Of a DNA stretch of 64,000 bases, positions 36,001-48,000 are shown one piece after another. Each line of letters begins with the position of its first letter. Position 1 is the stretch's first letter. The notes beneath the pieces are model-generated. The model did no database searches. It saw nothing but the letters and a program-made list of their open reading frames with translations, and was not told the origin of the DNA. The position numbers were made by a program, and so were the translations under genes. Source of the stretch: Camelus dromedarius (Eukaryota); assembly GCF_036321535.1 (NCBI RefSeq), contig NC_087441.1, forward strand, positions 6,944,001 to 7,008,000, given 5' to 3'.

Positions 36001-39000
36001 TGGCATGCTCCTCAGGGGGCGCAACAAGCTCGTCCGCCTCACGCACTCACACTGACATCCAGCTGCACTGTCACCTGTTAGAACCTATTATAAACCAAAC
36101 TGGAGCAGCAGTTTCTGAGAGGATGTCGGTGGAGGGATGGGCCCTGGCCAGGTGTCTTCCGGCCCCGGAACCCGCTGTACGCTCTCTGGCACGCACTGCG
36201 CTTCTCTGCTTCAGGTTTTTATAAGACAGTCCCAACCCAACTTCCTGTTTTCAAAAGTTATTCTCTTCTCCCAGCATGGATTTTGCTAGAAATTAACTGA
36301 AATAAAGATTCTTAAAAAGCTTCCTTCCTTTCCAACAGCACTCAGTGTCTAACCAAACGGCATTAAGTGGAGGTTTTCCTCCTCGCTGCTCGAGACACAG
36401 CATCAGGGCCGCCCATGGAGAGAGTGAGGCCAGAAGATCCCAGAGCACAGCCGGTGGGTTGTCCCCTTGTTACAGGGAAAACAATCACCGTTTCCTCTGG
36501 ACTAGCGGCTCTCAAACCTCACTGCACATCAGAACCTCCTGGGGCCTTGTTAAAACAGACCGCTGGGCCCCACCCCGAGACTCTACAGGTTCCCAGGCAA
36601 TGCCCAAGCTGCTGGACGGAGGACCATGGCTCCAGACACTCGGCCACAGGTTAAGAATAGCTTATTTTCTGAAGAATGACACCCTCACGTCTGCACTGAT
36701 GCAGGATGGGGTGATGGTTTCACCTCACTTGCCCTTAAATCTGGATTTTCTGAGTCCCCGGGGTGAGAGCTACCATCACCGCGAGCTGGGCAATCCCTGA
36801 GGATGCTGCCCGCCCCACGCCTATTCCCCATCACCAGCTGCAGGTGACTCAGGAATCCTCCCCTCGTTTCAAAGCAAAACAGAATTCATCACGTAAGCCT
36901 TACCAAGAAGATCTTCCCGATGCCTGAGACCACGTATCCTTGGGACTTGTTTAGTGGGTTCAGATCAAACACATGCCCACTGTTGGGGTCCCTGATGGAG
37001 CAAGCCTGCAGGAACCAAAGGGGGAAAGAATCACTCAAACGAAGTCCACGAGAACACGGCAAAGCCAGAGCACCTCCAAAACCTGCCCGCATGGACCGCT
37101 TGGACTTTAAAGCCCACTCAGAGAAGCAGCCCCGTGTGTGCTCATGGCCCTGACAGACATGGCAACTGAAGTGCTCCAGGTGTGACACCGGCTCAGAGAT
37201 GCTGACGGTACTCGAGCTCTTAAGGCTGCAATCATTACCTGGACAAGAAGATGGCTGCTGATCCCCAGGGAAATGTGAGAACTGCAAGAGACCCACAATT
37301 CATTAACTGTCTCTTCTCCTCTTCTAGGAGGTGGAAGGAACCTCCCTACCCCAACGTGTCTTTTTTCTGTCCCGCCCACCATATGCAGGAAACAGAGCGG
37401 CAGCCACAGCCTTGGGCTGCACTGACGGTGGGTGCGGGCGGCATGCCACCATGCCCACCCTCCCCGGGCACCCTCCAGCCAGGACCCTGTCCTGGGAACA
37501 TTCATCAGTCCGGATGCTGCTGCTGGCGGAGCTTTGAAAAGGGAGGGAGGGAAACACATTCTTTATTGTAAAGAAAAATACCTAGTGCCATGGAAACAAG
37601 GTGCACCCTTGCGGGGTCAGAGAGCACGTCTCAGAGCAGCCTGCTGCCCGGTTCTGCAGGTGCAGGCTCGCCCGAGGGCAGGAGTGCATCCCAAGGCTAA
37701 AGGGCGGGATGAGTCTAGCACTTCAGTGGGCACAGGGCTGAAGTGGACGACGTGGGAGGAAGGTGGCTGGGACCAGAGCGTTAAACCCTCAAGTATCGCG
37801 TTGAAACAGATAGACTGTACCCTACAGATAATTTCACATTAAGACATACAGGCTGTATTCTATAAACATGTGACACTGGAACATACAAGTGTATCCTACA
37901 GATGGCGGGGCTCTGACATGTGTCAGGTGCTGAGTGACACACGAGCACTCATCTCTGCAGTGATGGAGAGCCCAGAGCCCCTGCAGCACTGAAGGACGTG
38001 GCGTGGAGGAAAAGGAAGGAATCTACAGGAATCGGGGAGTTAAACGGAAGGTCCTGGTTCTTCTCCCAGGATCTGGGAGCCAGGGGTGAGGGAGAGGAGT
38101 GCAGGATGACTTCCAGACGCCTGCTGTCAACACTGCGGAAACAGAGGCGCCAGTAACGGATTAAGCAGCACAGGGAAGGGGTGCAGAGCCAGGACACCTG
38201 GACAGGAAGGTCTGGGGCAGCTCGGCGGGAGGCCCAGGACAGCACACGTACCTGGTCTGTGTCTGTCATTACTTGGACAGGACAGGCAGCCTCTGTATTC
38301 CACAGGAAACTGACCACGCACTCCCAGTTGAGAGAAAATATGGGGTGGGTATTCTGAAAGGACAAAACCAAGATGACAGTCAATATAAGAAAATGGAACT
38401 CGATCTAACCAAAAGAATACTAGTCTGATAAATAAAAATAGCAAAAATCAACAGAACAATTATCATGCCAGTGACAGGCTAGGTGCTTAATGTGCCTTAA
38501 CTAATTAGAACTTTTTAATTTAACATCCTCATTATTCCCATTAAGGAGATATTATCTCTTATGCTCAGATGCCAGTAAATTCACCTGAGATCATGACAGC
38601 AGTAAGTGGCAGAACTGGAATCCAAACCTAGGTCTGAGCCCAAGTTGATGCTTTTGCAAAGTGTTCTAAACGTTCTACACCCAGAGTGCAGAATACAAGA
38701 GCCAGACACTAAGACCACGGGGCGCACGATCACAGCCACGAAGAGGCAAAGCTGACCCGCAGGGTCACGGGTCAGGACGGGTGGAGAAGTGACCAGAAAG
38801 GGGCAGGAGGAGGCCCCTGGGCGCTGCTGGTGTCCTGTTTGCACACGTGGGTCTAGTTTACACAGGTGCATTCAAGCTGTGGAAGTCCACCAGCTGTAAC
38901 TTACAACCCACGCACTTTCCTGAGTGTTTTCAATAAAAAGCCCCCCAACGTGTGCCACACCAGCTTCTGAGAGGGCATCGCCTCCACCACGGGCAATGGC

Positions 39001-42000
39001 CACTCAGACAGAGGCCGTTGCCACCAGACACTGCGCAAAGGATGCGACAGCATTTCTCAGCTAGCGTCACAACAACCCTCACCTGCCATCTGTACAAATG
39101 AGAACACTGAGGCCTGAGAAGGCGCCTGCCAAGATGCACAGGGAAGGAAATCACAGTGGTCTGTCACCCACCAAGCGCCCTTTGATCTGGAAGTCCCCCT
39201 AGCCACCCTCTCAGCCGCAGTCACCAACAGTGAACTAAGAGCACACCCATCCCTTCTGCCTCATGACGTGGTTGTGAGAAGTTCCGTGACTTGCAGAACC
39301 TCTGGGACATCACCTTCACTCACTCGGTATTTCCTGGGCCCTGGAAATGTGCCAGGCCCTGAGCCGAGGCGGAGAGATACAGTAACAAGGAAAATAGCTC
39401 TGAAAACTTAAAAACTCTGTCCAAACAGGATGTCACAGGAAAGCTGAAAATAGAAGGGTCTGAGAGATCCTCCTGAAGTGTCCAAGATCTCCATGGCAAC
39501 GAGACACCAGAGAAGGGAAGGGGGGTGGGCCAGGCCCAAGAAGGGGACCCAGAGGTGCACCCAGGGGGCGGCACAGAGGAGGGCCAGGCTGTGCAGCCAG
39601 GAGTCCTTCCCGAGACCAGGAGTGGAAACCGGGAAACCGAGCTTCGGCTTAGCAGACTGCGTGTTCACGTCTCAGTGCAGCCACTCTGCTCGCACACACG
39701 GGCCCTGCTCAGCCAGTAAGTACTTCACTCCCCTGTCAGAGCAGCCTTCTGGGGCTCAAGAGACATTATCTCTTGGGAAAATATTGTGTGCTGGCAAAGG
39801 ACAGAGAAAACTTGGCATCTGCAAGACGACTAGAAGGTAAGGAACCAAGGCCCCTGGCCTGCTCAGAGAGGAGTGACCACATGGGGGGCCAGCTCATGTC
39901 AATCAGGCGAGAGGAGGCTGAAACACAGACTTTAGGAAATAATCTGTTTGATAATAAACAAGTTCTATTTTCCTCACTCTGTTCATCTAAGGGTTTGGCA
40001 ATTATTCGAAAAACACATGATCCAAGTATAAAAGATCCAGGTATAAACTCCAGGTGAAAAAAGCAAAGTTCTGGAAATCCTTACTGGTGATAGGTGCACA
40101 ACGCTGTAAATGTACTTGTATTTTATTATATATTTTTTTAGTGGAGGTGCTGGGGATTGAACCCAGGACCTAGTGCATGCTAAACACATGCACTCTACCG
40201 AGTTACTTCCCTCCCCTATCATAAATGTACTTAATGCCACTAAACTTTACACATAAAAATGGCTAAAATGGTAAATTTTGTTATGTATTTTCTGCCACGT
40301 TTTTTAAAACCAATTGAGACTGTACATAATGACCCCAAAGCATTCTTATTTCCAGTTTTCTCTTCTGTCCTGACTAAGGAACTCAGGCCCAAATACAATC
40401 TCTATCACCGTCTCCATTTCTTAACCTTAATTTTTTATTCCTGCTTTGCTGACATACTACACATCCATCCCTCATTGTTCATCCCTGGCCCTGAGCTGTG
40501 CCCAGCCTCAGTTTCCTCATCTATGAACTTTGGGGTTTGGACCAAACCATCTCTAAGACTTGTTCTGCTGCGGTGATCCTGGGATCACCAACTCACAAGA
40601 ACTAAGGGCAGGACGGTGTCCATACCACTCAGAGAAAACTCAGGTCTACAGAACACCATGCAGTACGTGCCACAAACCAGCAGTAAGAGATGAGGCTTCA
40701 ACTTGCGAAAGCACAGCCGCAAGAGCACCACTGCGTGCTCCCTGCCTCCCCGCCTTTACATCACATGCTGGCCTGAAGCAGAGTAAAGAGCAACCGCCAC
40801 CCCTCTGAACCCAAAGCAGCCCAGGCCATGGGCGACCAGCGGGGCCTCCCTTACCAGGCTGCCCCTGGAGCAGATGAGGTGGATCCTGGTGGTGTAGGCG
40901 GTCCGCTTCCCGTCGCTGGTGGTGCAGGCTGAGCCATTCACGTACTCCAGCAGTAGGCTGCCGCTCGCCTCCACCACCGGGCCTGTCTTGGCGACCCCCA
41001 AGTTGCTGATGGAGACGATTTCAGAAGACGAACCCTGCAAACACGTATGTCTGTTAGATCTCCCTCTGAAGAAAAACAACTCATTTCGTCATGACTAACA
41101 TAGTGGAGTCTTGTTATTCACGGCAGGGAGCTGTGTTCTACAAACGCGACACAAATACTCAATTGGCAAGCACGGAGCCACCCTTCCTACATGTAGGGGG
41201 AAAAACTGTCAGCCTTCTGTATCCGCGGGTTCCACAGCCGTGGATTCTATCAAATTTGCATCAAAAATATTCAGGAAAAAAATTCCACAAAGTTCCAAAA
41301 AGCAAAACTTGAATTTGCCTCCAGCATCTATTAACATAGCATTTACGCTGTATCTACAACTGCAACATAGCATTTAAATTGTATTAGGTATTACAAGTAA
41401 CTGAAATGAAGTAAGGATGTGTTTAAGTAACATTAACACTGTAACACTGCATGTAAAGGACTTGAGCATCCCTGGATTTTGGTATCTGCTGGAGTCCTGG
41501 AACCAATGCCGCCCCCACCTCTCCCCTCCCCAGTACACCGAGGGACAACTCTAGGTATCTCGTGTACACTTATCTCACAAAGATAATGATCGTAAATCCT
41601 CAAAATCATTGTAGACTCTATTTTATCTTACGAAAGGGCAAACGACGTTCAGATATGCTAAGTGACTTATTCGAGGCCACCTTACTAACAGGCATCAGAG
41701 GTGGGACTCAAACCCTGTCCGCCTGGCCAGGAGCCAGGAGCTTCTGACGCTGCACTGCCTGTCCCCTCGTGACTCCATCCTCTGGCCACCGGGTAGGAGA
41801 GCTGGACAAGAGCGTGGAGCATGACACCCACGTCAGGCCACTCTGCACACGTCCATGAAAGACTGTGAAGGCACCAGGACTGATGTGGGGTTACAGGTAA
41901 TTGTCACCAAGTAGACAAACTCGCAGATACAGAATTCGTGAGTAAAGAGGACAGGCTGTACTGGGAGGCCGTTGCTCCACCCAAGAGCACACACGCTTAA

Positions 42001-45000
42001 GTGCACATGCACACCCCACAGGGCGCCCCTTCCTTAACCACCAGAGTGCGCTCTCCAGCTGCCTCTAGAACACCTCCAAGCTGCCATGTAACAGGCGCCA
42101 GGAGAAGTACATTCTCGACATGCTATTTTTAAAGAAGCACACATACATCTTTATTTTAAGACGCATCGTGTACAAGGCGCACAGGGAAACATACCAGAGT
42201 TCTGGCAGTAACTGCATCCCACCGGGATGATGGAGTGCAGCCTACACCCAGGGAGAGCTAACGCCGGGGCTGAGCTCATCCACAGTGACTCTGCCAAGCA
42301 GGTGTCACCCCTAATTAGTCCAGGAGCAAGCACTTTTGAGAGCAAAAACTACTCTTTATAGATGTCGGCTGCTCACTCGAAGACACTTCCTCTGCCAAGG
42401 ACCGTGAGCAGAGGCCACCAACACCACGGCTTTTTAAAATCCTAAATCTGAACGATGACTCAAATACAGTCACATCCGTGGGAGGCAGATGAGTTCACAC
42501 GGAGGCTCCTCTCCCGCTCAGGGGGCTTCACTGCAGCGGTCAGGCCCACTTAGATCTGGGAGCCCCGAGTAACCCCCTGCACACCCAGTCCCATGCTCGG
42601 GCGGGCCGACCCACCTGGGAGCTGTCGAACTTCATCTGGCACGCGGACGCGTAGCGATCGCAGCCGGGCACGGGGCTCAGGGGCCGACACACGTTGATGT
42701 AGTACTTCCTCCACGTGCTGCGCGGCCCTGCGTTGTCCATGGCGTACCAGTTCCCTCCGAGGCCGCCTTCAGATTTGGCTAGACTGAAACGTGAAAGGGA
42801 GACGGGTGCTTTTCAAGCTGAGTTTGATGATTCATTTCTAAGTAGTGAGGGAAATACCAAAGGAAACACAGCCCACCCATCAAACTGCAGAAGCCGCCGC
42901 CGGGACTCGGGACGCACCCGAGTGCTCTCCACCTCCCTAAATGCTGTCAGTGCTCCACAGACGGGGACCACTCCTCACCTCTGCACCAACAGGCATTGTT
43001 TTAAATGATGCAGCCGAAGACTGAGGCTTTCCTGCAGCAAAGACTGGTTGATCTCACTAAGGCTACTAGATCCTCACTAGAATTCATTGTGCTTGAAGCT
43101 CCCTGTCTCGGTCCCGCACCCAGAACTAACGGACTCCCTCTATCCGCTGAGCTCTGTGCTCACCAGCCAGGTCTGGCAGCCCCAGCACAACCCAGGCCGG
43201 GGCCAGGCCTGCGGCAGACCGACCCACCTTACCTGGAGAGGTCGTACTGCTCCAGCGTGGCGGGGTCGGTCACCACGCACTCCAGTGGCTCCTCGGGGCA
43301 GGCGTAGCTGGTGTACCACCGGAAGTCGTAGGTTGAGTTATCTTCTTCCTAATCGTGGGACAAGAGCAGACGTGGAAGGGACGGCAAAGAGAAGAGGAGC
43401 CGCGACACAAAGCCAGCATTTCGAAAACGCTGGGGCACTTCTTGCAGATAGAAACTGTAGGAAAGAAAGTTTACTTTGCCCACCTCCTCTTATTTTATTA
43501 AAAGGAAGCTCGCCCAGCAATAAATTAAGATGGAAATCTAGCCTCTGTTAAATGGGAATGAGGGACGTTTTGATGCCTTTGTGTGTCTTGTATCCAACAC
43601 CAACAGGGTTGTGGGCCGTCACTGAGGTGTGTGGCCCACTGGAGCAGCTCAGAAAATAAACACTGCCCATGTCTCCTGGCAAACCTAAAAGGATTAATTA
43701 AAATCACAGGAGATGACCATCTGGCCAGGAAACCAGACTAATAATAATAGCTCTGCTTCTAAATAAAGGGCCCACGACGGGCTCCCATATAAGCCTTCGG
43801 GAGCCAGACAACCTGACGGTTTATCCCCAGGGACCCTCCCAGCTCACACGCCACCTACATTAGAACAGCCACAAGCCCTGTCAAAGCTGCTTCTTTCTCT
43901 TCCCCTGGCTTTACGAGACTGACGTCCTCTCCTCCTCACCCGTCACTGCGTAGAGACACACACACGTGCACACACACAGAGGCACACGCGGTGCCAACCC
44001 TACCTGATATTCAGGGAGACCCACGCCAGCATCTCGGTCACAGAGAAAGGTGATGAGGGTGGCTCTCGGGGTGCGCCTCTCGTTGTTGTAGGGTGTGCCG
44101 TCTCTGTAGTTCAGCTGGATCATCCCATCGTAGTAAGAAAGCTTAGCGTTACTCCGTCCCAAGTTCCAAAACTTCTTATCACTAAAACAAACAAACATCT
44201 CTCAGAAAAGGTACCGAGACCAGAAGCACCATGATGCCGTGACGCCAAGGAAGGACAGAGGGCAGTGTGGGGGGTAGCAGCACCCAGGACCCAGGGATGC
44301 AGACCCACCCTGGTGCCAGGCTAGGATTTCTAAGCCCAGGGTGGGTGAGAGGGTGGCCCCACCCCGACACCAGGACCCAAATCCACTCAGCACGGCTGAT
44401 TTAAGGCACAGCTCCTTTCACGTGAACTAATGCTGCACTGACAGGAGACAGAGGTGCACCAATCTATCCAACAACTGAGAAGGGCCGGCTGCCGGGAGGG
44501 GAGGCGCTGTGTAAACCCACTTCCTGTCCTGCTCCTTCTCTGGGAGGCTCGACCCCCAGCAGCTTCCCCCCATTTGGGGGCCAAGTCTTCTCAGTGTTTA
44601 GGTCAATACTCCCCGTAAAGCAAAGATGTCAGCAGAGAATGCCCCTATTCCTGAATAAAGTATCAGTGAGCACAAGACACCGCAGGGAAAAGCCACAACT
44701 GAAAACAGTCTACTTGCCTCCTGGACACCTGGCAGGCTGCCGAGCCTGGTGGACAGGGGCCCGCAGACAGCGCCCCACACACGTTAATGTAAAACTCGTA
44801 CTTCTCTGTCTCGACTTTGTAGCCGTCGTTCTTCGTGAGAGGTGACAAGTCAAAAGAAAACCCTAGTAACAACCGTCCAGGTCAGTGAAGAGCCACCACC
44901 CCAGCTCACGGCTTCCAGAAGCTTCCCCGCGATGGCAGGGAGACGAGCTACCGGAGCCACCATCACTCACATTCCCCATGGAGACGGATTTTCCACCACC

Positions 45001-48000
45001 AACCCCTTCTCCTGCCCTGACCCAGCCCCACTCACAGCCCACACCTCCCAGCTGAATAAACCACCAGCGTGTTCAAAGCGGGAAGATGACAATACAATGA
45101 CCCTAAAAAGTCTAGGGTGGGTTTCTTGACCAGAAACTCACACAAAAAGCCGTTTCAAATGTGACCTATTTCCTGTGTTCCCTGGGTTTTGCATTTAGCA
45201 AATGACCTCAACTATGAATATGAGATATTTTTCATTATCTCAAGCTTCAAACACTGATTTTCAGATTTTCAGAGTCTTGGTCAAACAGTATTAATAGAAT
45301 TCTAAAATGGGTTACCTCTAAAACACTCCTAGAAAATGTCAAAAAAATAAATAAAACAAAAAGCCAGCTGAGCAGGTGCAGGTGCCTCTGCACCAGGCGC
45401 TTGGACACACACCGGCTTGGGAGTCGAAGACCGTACAGTTGTCCCCCTCAGTCCTGGACAGCACGCAGGCAGCCGCCGTGTGCCACTCAAACTCATAGAA
45501 GCAACCGTCGTCCCTGGAAGTTCTCAGCACCGGAGCACTTTCTAAGTCACCTGTTAGTGGGGAAGAGAGAGTCATCACTCACCCTGTCTCAGAAAATTTC
45601 CTTCCCTTGTTCTAAAAATAGTCCTGCAAATACTGTGGAGTCCACTTATCTGAGGTTCCTAAAGTGGTCAAACCTACAGAGACGGGACAGAAGGACAAGG
45701 GTGGACAAGGGGGTGAGGATGGGGGGACTTCAGTTTGGGAAATGAAAACGTTCTGGAGACGGACAGTGGGGTACATGTACTTAGCACACACACTTAGTGC
45801 CACTGAACTGGGCACTGAAAAAAAGATTAAAATAGTGAATTTCACATTATATGCATTTTACTACAATTCCTTTACATGGGTAAATTTTATATTATATATT
45901 TTACAATTAAAAAAATCGTCCTGGTCCTTGACTTTATCCCACAGCTGGGAATTTATCCAAAGGAAATATTCCAACGGGAGGCAGAGAGAGGTATGTAACT
46001 GCACAATTAGCAACACTGGAAACATGCTATTAATCCAGCAATAGTGAAAATGTTTAAAAACAGTTAAAACCAAGCCAGCATCAAAAAGGAAGTCCCTAAG
46101 GATTATAACAGTGAAACACAGAAGAGTATTCACAAAATATTATGTGCTGAGAAACATGAAAATGTGTGCATATACAGATTCTAACCCTGAACAACAACGT
46201 AAACCTGTAAATAAAGATAAGTGAGGAGAGCACAGTGTTGGGGGGGGGGGATCAGTGACAATGTTCTTAACCACCTGAGATTCTCCCCCTTCAAAGGAAG
46301 CTGACGGGCCACATGGTTGCCCTGCTCCAGGCCTAAGGAGAGGAAGCCGTGGGGAGAGCGCAACTCATCCGGAAAATCCCAGCCACGCGGCCCCTCCGTC
46401 TCCGGACTGGTGTGCGCGGGGATGGGGAATGGAACCCAAAGCACCACCGCCACTTCCGGGGCCTCACCAGTCAGCCCTACACCCCTCTGCCTTGGCATCT
46501 CGGCAGTGGCCAGGGAGAAGCAGAGACACAGAGTGCAGGGCGCTGCGAGCAGAAACCACCCCACACCTCATCTTTCTCATTGTTACCTGGCTTGCAGACA
46601 AGTGTTATGTTAGTCTGTATTTTCTTGCCATGACCACACTCATCACCATCGGAGTAAGACAGCTGAATGTTTCCTTTCTCTTTTGTGGGAGAAGAAACAA
46701 ATTTGCCCAGATTTTTACTTCCGTCCTTATCTGGAGAAAAGGCAAAACAAACAAACAAAAGAACACACAAACAAACCCAGAAGACAAGATTAAAAATGAT
46801 AATGACACAAAGAAGTACTGAAAATCAAGGCCCAACTCGTGTGCCTCGGCCCCTTCCCCGGCCCACCTAGTCTGGCCCCGGTGGTCAGTGGGTTTGCCTT
46901 GAGTGGCAAGGTTGACAGTGGCAGCCACACTGAGGAAGGCAAGGCCACCTCCAGGCTTAGTAGGAAAGTGCGAGAATGATAAACAACATTCCACAGGGAC
47001 ACGAGGGACAGAGAGGCGGGACCATGTCACGCCATCGCAGAAAATAACGCTGTTCCTCCACTTTAGGGGACTCAGCTCCCTCTAGCCACAAGGTCTTTCA
47101 AAACCAAGGGCTGAAATTTGTCCACGACCAGAGCAGACACTAATTAAAGCCTGCTCGGTAAGCCAAGCAGGTGATTGCTTAGTTCTTGGTTCAGTTGATT
47201 TTTACTATAAAGTACTGAAACTTTGTCCCAGATTCTTCTCAAATAAAGGCAGGGACATGCCTGGACCTGCTCTGAAAGACACCAATTCCCAGTCCTGGGA
47301 TAATGCCTAAAATCCTGCCTGGGTTCACAATTCCTTTTCTAACGGTCATAACAGATTCCAACTAGTCTCACTGCGCGTCGTTTTCCAGGTGAGTCTGAAG
47401 TGACAAACAGCTAATGTGCTATAAATATTAAATTGAAAGGTTGCAACCAACACAGTTACAGCAAAAGGGACCTAAGAGGTAAGGTGCTCTCAGATGAGGC
47501 TACAATATGAGATTCCAGGCGCCTTAAGCCATAATGCTTAAACACTTGCAGGCAGGAAGGTTGTTAAAAAATCAGAATCAGTTTTACACAAGGACTGGCA
47601 ACGCTATTCCTTGGGTTACTAAGTGAGAGGATCACCCAGTACTCTCCCACATGGTTCTCCGTTCCCAGTCAGACCACATCAGAAGGCTTCGGCCAACTTC
47701 AAGACACCTGAGGGTGACAATGTCCAGAGTGCAACCAAGCAGTTGCCTACATCTGAGTCACTGAACTCTTTTATCATCCTTTATATGCTGAACCCAAAGA
47801 AAGGAGGCTCAATAAACCACAGGAAGATTCTCTGGTTCACTCCGAACAGATGCAGCCTGGCTCCACGCACCTTCAGGACAACTGTCACCTAGAGCCTCAA
47901 CCCAGGGACCACTCACCTACGGCGCACACGGCCGCGTCCTCAGGGCAGCCCCTCGCCTTGCCCTCCTGCAGCACTCGGTGGCAGATGTTAATGAAGAAAT

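Noticed and set aside
37380-37540. Possible LRR C-cap (QPW..CT) downstream of the intron 21 relic
   Set aside because: Lacks the NPWxCxC core even with frameshifts, so too weak to support.
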